From Amoebophrya sp. A120 (Eukaryota > Protista > Dinoflagellata): a stretch of DNA of 64,000 bases. The notes beneath the pieces were generated by a model. The model saw nothing but the letters and a program-made list of their open reading frames with translations. It was not told where the DNA came from and ran no database searches. The stretch lies in assembly GCA_905178155.1 (NCBI GenBank), contig CAJINV010000019.1, positions 914,913 to 978,912 of the forward strand, read 5' to 3'. A program made the position numbers and the translations under genes. Of the stretch, positions 1 through 11,068 are shown piece after piece. The number at the start of each line of letters is the position of its first letter. Within the stretch, counting starts at the first letter, position 1.

Positions 1-211
1 AACGAGCCGATCTTCGCACGGGAAAATAAACCTTCGCTGTCTTCTTGGAATCTTCGTGTGTGATTCAGACAAGAATCATCAAGACCAGCACTTCTGTGAA
101 CTTGGCGAAAAATCCACTGTAGTAGTCACCTCCGTCTTGCAATTGATTCTAAAACTCGGCCTGAAAAAACTAACTCGTCGCCTTCAAGAACTCGTGCACA
201 AGACCATCCCT

Positions 212-2314
212 TCACAATTCCTCCGCCTTTGCGTTCTTCTCGACTTCAAATTTTTCCGGCCACCCCCTCGGGCGGTAGTGGATGAAGACGTTGGCAAATT
301 CCCGGCCCGGGAAGGGTGTCGGCCGCCCGTGCGGTAGCGTTGCCGACTCGTACAGAATGATCTGCCCCGCCTTGTTGGGCACGTACTTCGTTTCCCCACT
401 GTGCGTCACCACCTGCATATGGAGTAAAAAAAGTTCGTCATCATAGTCACTGACTTGCAGTTTTTGCATGAGATTTTTTTATTTTTGCATCACAGGTTTT
501 TCGTGTATTGCTATTGCACAATTACAAGAGAAATCCCATGTAAAATTAGACTGTGATGCATTTTTACATATGACAGAAATCTTCGCATTGCCAAAACGCG
601 CATGAGTGATCGTGACGAATTTTTTTTGTTCGTCCATACTGCAACGGCCAGCTGTGGTCGTAGGTCTGCTCCATGCCGTGATACTGATCGTCCGGAAACC
701 CAAACTCCAGATGGCCCACCTCCACAATGGCGCTGATTGCGTGCGTGTCGCGCCGGTCGTATGAACTGCAAAAGTATCGTACTCGTACAAATGCATCAGC
801 ATTACAAGTTTCATCAGCGTGAGAAATAAAATTTGCAAATGCTGATTTACCTTGAAAAGAGAGATTTGCACTATATGCATGAATGCAATACGAGTGCGAT
901 GCTTTTGCACAGGATAGGTCGCCGTGCATCCGCATTTCGGAGTTTTGTCGGTACAGTCGGGTTATGAAATGCAAAAGCATCGTCCTCGTATAATTGCAAT
1001 CATGCATTACAAATCTTTTCCCTGAGGCTGCCGCTGAGGTACGTCAGCATTACATTTCTCATGCTGAGGAAATTTGTAATGCGTTTATACGAGTACGATA
1101 CTTTTGCACTGCATACGGATGCCGTACAACGCCGTCATCTCTAGTTCACTCGCCTCGAACCCCGTCCACTTTGCCACCACCGGCTGCATGACTGCCTGCA
1201 ACCTGTTCTTCAGGTCCTGGCGGAGCTCCACGAGCCACATGTCCGTTTTGCACGCCGGAATCGCCCCGTCGAGCCACCTGGTTTTCTCCGGTTTCGCGAG
1301 TTTGTTGCGGTTTTGCTGCCAAAACGCGCGGATGTCCCGCAACAACTCCGGGTCCGGGAAGTCTTGCACCTCGAAGCCCTCGGGCGTGAATTTCCGAAAT
1401 TCTTGCGTCTGCCTCCACATCTGCTGCATGTCCTCGTCGTGCGTTTTCTTCAATTCTTTCTCGTACTCCAAATTCAGCAGAATGTCGGTCAACGCGGTTC
1501 CGCCGGTGTGGTTGTAATAGGTACTGTGCTGCGAAATTGTATGGACAGAGGATGTTGTTGCAGCAACACTTCTACTAGCTCCTTCTATCGGCGAAGCAAA
1601 CGGGGCAATAAACCCTGGGGGCCAAATCGTGGTCAGGAACGGCGCTAGAGTAGACGACGCACTGGTGCCACTGTCGGCAGATGACAGGGAAATCGTTCCT
1701 GGATACTTGAATCTGCACCGGGTCGGGTTATAGTCTCGCGGGCTGTTCATTCGGTCGCAGAAGTGCGCGCGGTCGGCGTCGTCTTTTGCCAGCTGTCTCC
1801 GGCACTCGCGTCGCCAGTCTCCCACGGCTTTCTCCCATTTTTCCCCAGCGAAAAACTGCTCTTCCGTCGGCCGGTCCACCCAATCGACATCGCAATGGAT
1901 GGCGTTGTCGCTTTGATTCTCCAAGCCCTCGCTGGTTGCACTAGCTCCACCGTCGGCACAGGTACAGACCACGGCGCCGCTTTTCGCACCCTGCTTCACC
2001 GTGACGTGGAAAGTGTCCTTGATTTTTGTCGGCCGCTTCTCCTCCTCTTCCTTCCACCCATCATCTGTGCTTCTCGTTGTAACGCGAAAGATGTGCCCTT
2101 CAAAGGTGTCCTGGGAGGCAACGGCGCCGGGAAAAATCGTTTCGATCGGGACGGGCTTTTCCTTCGGGTAGTTCTCGGGAATGAAGAGGAGCTTGAGGGG
2201 GGAGCTTGCGCAGCTGTTCTTGAAGGTCAGCGGGTGGACGGGCTCGGCAGCGGAAGCGGGGCTGCACGATGTAGCAAGCAGTTGTAGAGTGGCCAGGAAG
2301 GTGGGGCCGCGCAT
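212..2314 (-). CDS. Secreted/ER 2OG-Fe(II) dioxygenase (prolyl-hydroxylase-like), copy A, ~518 aa, 3 introners
   Basis: N-terminal signal-peptide-like sequence (MRGPTFLATLQLLATSC). After removing 963-1115, 760-916 and 418-638 (each plus a 5-bp repeat) it reads LYGIRLYRQNSEMRMHGDRRDTHAISAIV...WPLQVV...ILYESATLPHGRP...FANVFIHYRP, giving an HxD...H facial triad. C-terminal AEEL resembles an ER-retention signal. Spliced length 1557 nt is divisible by 3. Confidence 0.8.
418..638. mobile_element. Introner (TIR TATGGA...TCCATA, DR CTGCA), copy-A specific
   Basis: Direct repeat ctgca at 413-417 and 639-643; imperfect ~25-bp TIR; empty site in copy B near 8930. Confidence 0.92.
760..916. mobile_element. 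Introner family F2 (TIR TGCAAAAGTATCGYACTCGTA), DR GGTCG
   Basis: DR at 755-759 and 917-921; inserted at the HGD codons; shared with copy B. Confidence 0.9.
963..1115. mobile_element. Introner family F2, DR CGGGT/CGGAT
   Basis: TIR tatgaaatgcaaaagcatcg / cgatacttttgcactgcata; splits YGIR|LY; shared with copy B. Confidence 0.9.
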
Positions 2315-4234
2315 CGTGATAGATGGTGCTACAGCTTATTTCATTCATCTAGTGTAATTGTTTCACTTGAAAGACAGTACGAAAAACCAAGACCAACTTG
2401 ATGAACTCGGAAAAGAAGATGCGGCAAAGGCAAGAATGCACTTCCGTGACATTGGTAGTAGAAAACTGCTTGTAGAAGCGAATACAACGACGGGCGTTCT
2501 CGCGCCAACATCTAGCCCTGACGCCACTCTCCTATTGTTCGTCACAGCTATTGAATTGCTCGCACGCCCCCTGCTCTCCGCCTAGGTTCATTCAACTGCT
2601 CGCTCACGGATCACAAACAGAACCAACGAGCACAAAGCTCATGCCAGACGACGTGACATGCTGTGTGTGTGCGGTGGCTCACATCCAGCAATCAATCCGC
2701 GCAGTCGGCGTTCGCCATCGTCACTGCGCTTCATCTTTGTATTACTCCTGTGCACACAGATCAAGCTGGTGTCGGCTGCCCCGGCAGCGCGCGAACGCAA
2801 GTCAGTTGTAGTGCGCCCCGCGGCAACCATCCAACGGCCCCGCGCAAACGCCTAGCTACGCCGACCGGGAGGGGTTGTAGGCAGTCGTCGGCCCATGCGA
2901 CGCCCGGCGCGAATAGGGGCGCGGGGATGGCAACAATCAAAAACCGAGACACTCACACGCGGGGCAGCGCTACGGCAAAGCAGGGCGCAAGGGCCCAACA
3001 CTCCACGCAACCCTGCTCGTCGGGGTGCTTGGGCGGCAATCGCCGCGCCGGCCCCTCAATCCTTCCAACGAACCAGAGAGGTGGGCGGCGAGGGGGAGAC
3101 ACAGAACCCCCCGCCCCTCGCGGCGGAGCCGGCCCACGCCGTTGCCTGTTGGCCGATGGAAAGCAAAAGAAACAGGGCGGGCGCGGCTCCGCTTCGCTAT
3201 CGCTTGATTCGGAGTCGGCGAGGTCCCGCATTTCGGCGGCGAGGAGGTACGGAGCCCGATAAACTGCTTCGCGGGGGCAAATCGCGCCACGGTCCCACTG
3301 CACGCCCTCGCATACGCCAGACCTCAGCGCCAGCCCGCCGAGAAAACGCGCCGGCGTGCCCGGCGAGGATGGAACCGGCACGCCGGCAGAGGCCCCGCCA
3401 CCTCGCGAAACGCGTCCCCGCTTGCAACTACGACGAAGCCATCCGGGTAGTCTTATTTCGAAAACGCTGTAAGTAGAGTAAAACTCCGTACCTACTATTT
3501 ATCTTGGAAATGTTGAATTCGCGACAATCTTGAGTCGTCATTCACAGTCTTTGTGGCATCGTTGCTCCTCAGTTAAATCATACAGTAGTTCTTCAGCGGC
3601 CATCAGAAAATTCACTCTGTCTTTGTAGTTTTTTGGCGTTTATTATTTCTTATTCTCGCCAGCTTCCAGACTCTCGTCGCGACCAAAATGGAGAAGAGAC
3701 TGGTTTCTCTCGCGCGTTTTGGATTCTACCCCTCGAGTGTGGAAAAAAGTTTTCTCAAATTATACAATTGTGCTGGAACGCTAAAAATCTAAAAATCATG
3801 CCAGAAGGTTCTCGAAATTTAAAAAAAAAAAATTGCCCTGCATGAAGGAGCTTGTTTTTATTCGTATGTACTATCAGGAACAAAATCCGTGCGTCAGCAA
3901 CACATTTCACGGTCGTCCCCACCGTATCTTGACTGCTGCGTGCTGCTCGACAATTCTCCCAGGAGATTATTATACACGACGTCTTGATCTTCATTATCTT
4001 TCGCGTTTGCCTCGCACACCTCCGCCAAGGCGACATAGACGTTTCTACTCTTTGCGTCGAAACAGAAAACCGCACAATGGAGGTCTTTATTTTCGCGGGT
4101 CCTTAACATCAAAAACTGCATCTCCGAAAATGTAGTTGCTCGTCGATCCCGTCGGGAACTACGAGAACATTCGTTCATCGGTGCATCTTCCTGGAAACAA
4201 AGAAAGCTCACCCACTTTTTCATCATCTTCACCT

Positions 4235-7200
4235 TCAATGCTTAGCCGCAGGCTTCAGCCCTTTCGGACTACTCTCCCCGTCACTCCACCTTTCCCCGCT
4301 TTGCAACGTTTTCTCAAAGTCTGCCATCCTCCACGGTTTACTGCACTTGAAATCGTTGCGGACGGACCTTAATTGCCGGAAAATGTCCTCTTCCTTGGAC
4401 TCCCCTAACTTCTTCGAAAACTGCTGCACGCGGAGAAAGTATGGATGTGTCAGGTTTGAAATCAACAAAGTTGAAATGATTTCTCATGCATAAATTGCAA
4501 GGCATGAAGTGCCTCTTTTGCAGGGATGGCAAGTGAGGCCGATCTTCAGCCTGTTTGGGGTCTGCGATAGAGCTGCTGAAGTAGCATCACAAAAGACGCC
4601 TTCTTTCCCACCTAGACAGCATGACAAACTGGATTTAAGCGGTGCCAAAATTTGTCATGCGCCGCTTGGAAATTGGGCTTCCAACTGGTATCGATTTCAT
4701 GCATTACAAATTATATCAACTTTGACGATTTCAATCCTGACACTACCATAGAAAGGGCGACGTCAATAACTCCTCCTCCGCGGTAAAGGGTACTGTGGGG
4801 ATTTTGTCCTTGCGCAAGTCAACTATTTTCTTGCATCGGTCGATCACCGCTTGCCGGCTCTGGTCCGACTTCTCCACCAGCGCGAGGGCGAACTGACACC
4901 CGTCCGTGGCGTACTCGTGGGCGCAGTAGATCAGCGTGGATTTCGGAATATGGTCCATCAACCGCTGCTTCAGGGCCCTGCGGTATATTGTTTTTTGAGT
5001 ATTTTATGTCGCGTTTTCAATTTTTTGAAAGCTCCCCCGCTGGCAACCGGAACGCCAACTGCTGGCGTAGCAAGCCGACACAACACCACAATAAACCGCA
5101 ATTGCACAGACAATGTTGACCTCTAGCTAAGTGAGAATTATGATGTGGGAGATGTTGCCTAAATGTAGCAACAAGAAGTAAGAAGATGAACATCTGTGTA
5201 CAACGATACACGCAAATTAATAACCGTAGTAAAAAAAAGTACCTGTAGCAGTCCGCTGCGTCGCCCTCAAAGAGCCTGCCGCAGCCCATGGGAAAGACGA
5301 TGTCCCCGGTGAACACGATCCCGTAGGATTTCAAAAAGAACCCGATCTGCCCTAACGTATGCCCCGGAACGTGGATAATCTCGAAGTCCAGCGGCCCGAG
5401 GTTCAGGTGCTCCCCGTGCTTGCAGAGCTCGGAAAAGTCCGATTCCTCCGCGAACTTTTTCAAATTCGGCAGCTCGATCCGTGACGCGTACATGCGCGGC
5501 CGGTGGTTGTTATTCGCTTTGAAGTTGTCCGCCGCAATCTCGTTCCACGCGCCCAGGTGATCCCAGTGCCAGTGGGTGATCAGCACGTCCGTGATGACGG
5601 AGCCGAATTCCTCCTTTGCACGCTGGCAGTACTCCAGGCCGTGCCCCTGCGGCAAGTCGATGGCGATCACGCGCGCGGCCTGGCTGGTCTGGCTCACGCG
5701 ACGACTGTTGTTCCTTGGAGGGCTGCTGTTGTTGGTGGTGGTGGTGCCCGAAGTAGAAGTAGGTTCTAATTGCTCTGGAACGTACAACAAGTACCCGTAG
5801 TTGTCACTTAAACACGGGAACTGGATCAACTTCAGCGTCGGATGCGACTGTTCCTTGTCAAACTTCTCCGCAAACTTGTTCGCCTGAGTGTAATGCGGCC
5901 GCGGGGACCCCTTCGGCACAGATTTCAGTGGCTCGATGTCCACCCGCTGCACCTCCGACCACGTCTGCCGCCCGTTGGACTTGTCCAGAAGCTTCTTGTT
6001 TTCCGAAGACGGGCCGGGGAGAAGGTTTGATGATGAATTACCTGCAGTAGTTGCACTCGTCGACATCATGGCCGCGGCGGAGGGGCGAGCTTTCGGCGAA
6101 AAACCACCAGTAGTATTCGAAGGCTTGATACTAGCCGGCGAACCAGAGTTCGAGCGGGCGAGAGCGGATGTTGAACCTCCGCCGCCGGAATTCGTGCGAG
6201 TCAGTCGCGGCGACTTGGTGGTCGACGTCCCAGAAGCTTTTGCCTTATTCTTCCTTTCCTCCTCGTCCACCACCCCAGTCATCGCCACCGCGTGCGCGTG
6301 CACTCCGTGCGAAACAACCCCGTGCCCACTGCCCATCTTGGACTCCAAAATCGTCAATTGGACCACCAACCCGTCCGGATCCCGAACGCATCGCAACACC
6401 GGGTCGAAAGTGGGCGAAGTCGAGATCTTGCGGAACTGCGCGGGGGAGACGCCGATGGAAATGGATTCAAAAGCGGGCTTCTCCGGGGATAAGTCATCCG
6501 GCCCGGCGAGCACGGGTGCTGTTTTGTCCATATTCCGCATGTGCTGGATTTCCAGTGTCGTGACGGGTAACTGGTACAGCCACTCCCTTTGCGCTTGGAT
6601 TTTGCTCTCCATAGTACCGATCTTGCTAAAGTCTGGCACTTTTTGCTTCATCTCATCCGTCAAATACGCGAAGAAATACAGGTCGAAGTTGTACGGCGAA
6701 ACTTCCTGTTTCTCCAATAAAGTCATGCCCAGCACCTCGGTGTAAAACTTCACACACAAATTCGCATCTTTCGTCCGGGTGGTGACTTGCCCGATCACCG
6801 GGTCTAGCATGCGCGTCAACGGGTTCCGCGCACGAAGTCCGCTCGACTGCAGCTTCTCTTCCGCTCGCTCGATCCGTTTCTTTTTCGTGGCGGTGTTCCC
6901 TTCGAAACTCGTCTGAAGCAGCTCAATCGGAAATCCGACCGGATCCGCGATGTGCTCCAAGTATCCGACGTTCAAAAACTGTTCCGCCTTCGCGTTTTTC
7001 TTGCCCAAACCGGTCCTCAAACAGTCATCGACGTCGTCTACCGCCAGCCCGATCTTCCAGTACAGAGGCCGCTGGAAGTTCACTTGCTGCTGGCTACGAT
7101 CCTTAGTCTGGGCCACGACCTGCTTCCCGGGGGGCAAAAACCGGAAGTTGAGCTGCGCGGAATGGGGCGAGTTCCGGAAATACAGATTGTCGATCGTTTG

Positions 7201-7344
7201 GCCGTTCGGAAAGGTCGCCGTTGTCTGCGCGACCATACCCAGCGACTCACTGTAGAACTTTAATACCTCGTCGCGAAACTGCCCAGGTACGCGGTAGGTG
7301 GCGGCCAGGAGGCGGGACGAGGTCTGGTTCAAAGCTGATTCCAT
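4235..7344 (-). CDS. Glyoxalase I-like (tandem VOC) plus glyoxalase II (hydroxyacylglutathione hydrolase) fusion, copy A, ~842 aa
   Basis: One uninterrupted ORF links VOC motifs (KFYSESLGM, YWKIGLAVDD, DPVGFPIELLQ, FYTEVLGMTLL, TTLEIQH, DPDGLVVQL) to metallo-beta-lactamase/GloB motifs (THWHWDH, PGHTLG, FTGD, GCGRLFEG). CAHEY and PTVP..EE...PFLR follow after a GT-AG intron (4978-5242) and introner 4440-4750. Spliced length 2529 nt. Confidence 0.88.
4440..4750. mobile_element. Introner family F3, DR GAAAG, copy-A specific
   Basis: ~38-bp TIR; DR at 4435-4439 and 4751-4755; aligns end to end with 19831-20138; absent in copy B near 13300. Confidence 0.93.
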
Positions 7345-8704
7345 TTTTTGTTTTTCTTCTTATGTGCGTGTGGCTGTGGGGGGGGTTAGAAACAATTCTG
7401 AGGCGTTTCTTATTTTTTATTAAAAATTTGGATTTGCGTAACAATGCTAGAACAGCAACAGAATGTGTGTAAGTAGGTCTACGGAATGAAATATTGATTT
7501 ACGGTCGGAAAAACATGAAAGAGATCACGACAAATTGCGTTCTTCCTTAGCGTTAATAGATCACTAACTCGGATGAGGATGTGGCACTCAAAGATCAACC
7601 TGGAGGCGAAATCAATAGCACAGACGTCGACATAATCTTAAGTGGGATCAGAATAGAAAGATCTTGACATGAACAGGCGCAAGTATTGAGGGAAATTGTC
7701 GATTAGAATTCTGTGTAGGAGCACCAACTGTCGACAATTTTGAGACAGTGTATTTACAATGGCATGCTGGGTCTGAGGTCGGCAAAATTGTTACTTAGGT
7801 TCCGCTCAAGATACCATTACCATTTCTTGTTCCATATCGAAAATAAACAGAAGATGCGTGAGACGGTCAAGGTACCGAATAGATTCTGATGGCGTGTGCG
7901 TGTCGAAGACAAAATTCATCATTATGAGATGAATGCACTCTCAATACCAAAATGTCGCCTTGAAAATTGGACGATTCTTGTCGCATTTCCAGAAGAGATC
8001 AGATATCTTCGCTCCCCAGCATGATCAATATCAATATCGGAGCAAAATGTTGATATAAGCTTCGTCCTGCTTCGCATCTACTTAGCTCGATGTAGTAACT
8101 TCCATGAAAAAAAGAACCGAGGTTTGCTAACAAGAAGCGTCCGCATAGTTCATGAAGCTTTAAACGCGGTTTTCGATTGCCTTTTTGTTCGGGACCCTCC
8201 GCTCTCCGACATTGCATGTCCTCACACGAGGAGAGGACTTACCGACCTCATTTTTGTTCCCAGGGAGCTCCAAATCCACTTCCACTCATCTCGCTTTCTT
8301 CACTACTGTTTTTCCCTGGAGAGAAATTCCCTAATTTTCAGCCAACCCTCTCTAGTACGTACACTCGAAACTACAACTAGAACAATCGATCCTCACTTTT
8401 TTACAGCAGAAGCTGGCTCTGATTGGAGACAGTTGTGCTTTTCTTGGCCACGCAACGCCGTGCGGCTGTAGCCACAACGACAACGAGCCGATCTTCGCAA
8501 GGGAAACTAAACCTCCTTCGCTGTCTTCTTGGAATCTTCATGTGTGACGCAGACAAGAATCATCAAGACCAGCACTTCAGCAAAGAATTCGGCGAAAAGT
8601 CCAGATCCACTGTAGTAGTCACCTCTGTCTTGCGATTGATTTTACAACTCGGCCTGAAAAAACTAACTCGTCGCCTTCAAGAACTCGTGCAAAAGACCAT
8701 CCCT

Positions 8705-11068
8705 TCACAATTCCTCCGCCTTTGCGTTCTTCTCACCACCTCCAGGCCGCCGCGCACCGACTTCAAATTTTTCCGGCCACCCCTTCGGCCGGTAGTGGAT
8801 GAAGACGTTGGCAAATTCCCGGCCCGGAAACGGTGTCGGCCGCCCGTGCGGTAACGTTGCCGACTCGTACAGAATGATCTGCCCCGCCTTGTTGGGTACG
8901 TACTTCGTTTCCCCACTGTGCGTCACCACCTGCAACGGCCAGCTGTGGTCGTACGTTTCCTCCATGCCGTGATACTGATCGTCCGGAAACCCAAACTCCA
9001 GATGGCCCACCTCCACAATGGCGCTGATTGCGTGCGTGTCGCGCCGGTCGTATGAACTGCAAAAGTATCGCACTCGTACAAATGCATTAGCATTACAACT
9101 CAACTGGAACAACACACCACTGGAACGATAGAAGAAGTGTGTTCATGTTTTGTAATTACAAGTTTCATCAGCGTCGGAAATAAAATTTGCAAATGCTGAT
9201 TTACCTTGAAAAGAAAGATTTGTATATGCATGAATGCAATACGAGTGCGATGCTTTTGCACAGGATAGGTCGCCGTGCATCCGCATTTCGGAGTTTTGTC
9301 GGTACAGTCGGGTTATGAAATGCAAAAGCATCGTCCTCGTATTGCAATCATGCATTACAAATCTTTTCCCTGTGGCTGACGCTGAGGTACGTCAGCATTA
9401 CATTTCTCATGCTGAGGAAATTTGTAATGCATTTATACGAGTACGATACTTTTGCACTGCATACGGATGCCGTACAACGCCGTCATCTCTAGTTCACTCG
9501 CCTCGAACCCCGTCCACTTTGCCACCACCGGCTGCATATGCATTGCAAATATGCCTGGGTCCGGAAGACTGCGAGACTTCTCATGCTAGTTTGGCACGAC
9601 TCTGAACTCTGTATTGCGCAGGGCCATCGGATGTTTCTCATCATGCGGAATACGCAACACAGAGCCGCGAGGAAATCTGTCATGCTTGCCGGTGCATTAC
9701 AGTGTGGTTATTTTTAATCATTGACATGCATCACAAGTTTCCAGACCCAGCAAATTTAATTTGCACTTGATACTGCATCATCTTTTGCAGCCTGTCCTTC
9801 AGGTCCTGGCGGAGCTCCACGAGCCACATGTCCACAGAAAATTTCCCGCACACGTACAAATGCAGTCTCTGCATAACAAAACTTGCCTTCAGTCCTAGTC
9901 TAGCATGACAAGTTGGACACTGCAAGTTAACGAAATTTGTCATGCATTTTGTACATGTACGGGAAAAGGAAATTCACATTGCATACCACATGTCCGTTTT
10001 GCACGCCGGGATCGCCCCGTCGAGCCACCTGGTTTTCTCGGGTTTCGCGAGTTTGTTGCGGTTTTGCTGCCAAAACGCGCGGATGTCCTGCAACAATTCT
10101 GGGTCCGGGAAGTCTTGCACCTCGAAGCCCTCGGGCGTGAATTTCCGAAATTCTTGCGTCTGCCTCCACATCTGCTGGATGTCCTCGTCGTGTGTTTTCT
10201 TCAATTCTTTCTCGTACTCCAAATTCAGCAAAATATCGGTCAACGCGGTTCCGCCGGTGTGGTTGTAATAGGTACTGTGCTGCGAAATTGTATTGACAGA
10301 GGATGTTGTTGCAGCAGCACTTCTACTAGCTCCTTCTATCGGCGAAGGAGCAACCGGTGCACTAAACCCTGGGGGCCAAATCGTGGTCAGGAACGGCGCT
10401 AGAGTAGACGACGCACTGGTGCCACTGTCGGCAGATGACAGGGAAATCGTTCCTGGATACTTGAATCTGCACCGGGTCGGGTTATAATCACGCGGGCTGT
10501 TCATACGATCGCAGAAGTGCGCGCGGTCGGCGTCGTCTTTTGCAAGCTGTCTCCGGCACTCGCGTCGCCAGTCTCCCACGGCTTTCTCCCATTTTTCCCC
10601 AGCGAAAAACTGCTCTTCCGTCGGCCGGTCCACCCAATCGACATCGCAATGGATGGCGTTGTCGCTTTGATTCTCCACCTCCTCGATGGTTGTACTAGCT
10701 CCACCGCCGGCACAGGTACAGACCACGGCGCCGCTTTTCGCACCCTGCTTCACCGTGACGTGGAAAGTGTCCTTGATTTTTGTCGGCCGCTTCTCCTCCT
10801 CTTCCTTCCACCCATCATCTGTGCTTCTCGTTGTAACGCGAAAGATGTGCCCTTCAAAGGTGTCCTGGGAGGCAACGGCGCCGGGAAAAATCGTTTCGAT
10901 CGGGACGGGCTTTTCCTTCGGGTAGTTCTCGGGAACGAAGAAGAGCTTGAGGGGGGAGCTTGCGCAGCTGTTCTTGAAGGTCAGCGGGTGGACGGGCTCG
11001 GCAGCGGAAGCGGGGCTGCACGATGTAGCAAGCAGTTGTAGAGTGGCCAGGAAGGTGGGGCCGCGCAT
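8705..11068 (-). CDS. Secreted/ER 2OG-Fe(II) dioxygenase, copy B, ~527 aa, 4 introners
   Basis: Paralog of 212-2314. Frame restored by removing 9829-9985, 9537-9772, 9314-9463 and 9051-9267, each with one DR (1584 nt). Confidence 0.8.
9051..9267. mobile_element. Introner family F2 (ortholog of 760-916) with an extra ~60-bp internal insert
   Basis: DR ggtcg on both sides; same TIRs as 760-916. Confidence 0.9.
9314..9463. mobile_element. Introner family F2 (ortholog of 963-1115)
   Basis: Near-identical to 963-1115; DR cgggt/cggat. Confidence 0.9.
9537..9772. mobile_element. Introner family F1 (TIR TGCAAAWATGTCTGGGTCTGGAAG), DR CTGCA, copy-B specific
   Basis: DR at 9532-9536 and 9773-9777; empty site in copy A near 1185. 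Confidence 0.9.
9829..9985. mobile_element. Introner, DR CCACA, copy-B specific
   Basis: DR at 9824-9828 and 9986-9990; imperfect IR (tttcccgcacacgtacaaatgca / tgcattttgtacatgtacgggaaa); empty site in copy A near 1236. Confidence 0.85.

Larger units (their letters stand above)
1..8160. repeat. Tandem segmental duplication, copy A (left end probably outside window)
   Basis: Position 1 (aacgagccgatcttcgca) matches 8482; colinear similarity continues to catgaagctt at 8151-8160, matching 17769-17778. Same two genes in the same order. Confidence 0.95.

Noticed and set aside
5936-6745. Long plus-strand ORFs (also 14885-15616, 21851-22636, 36232-36960, 44341-45003, 51163-52056)
   Set aside because: Antisense shadows of motif-bearing or longer minus-strand coding regions.
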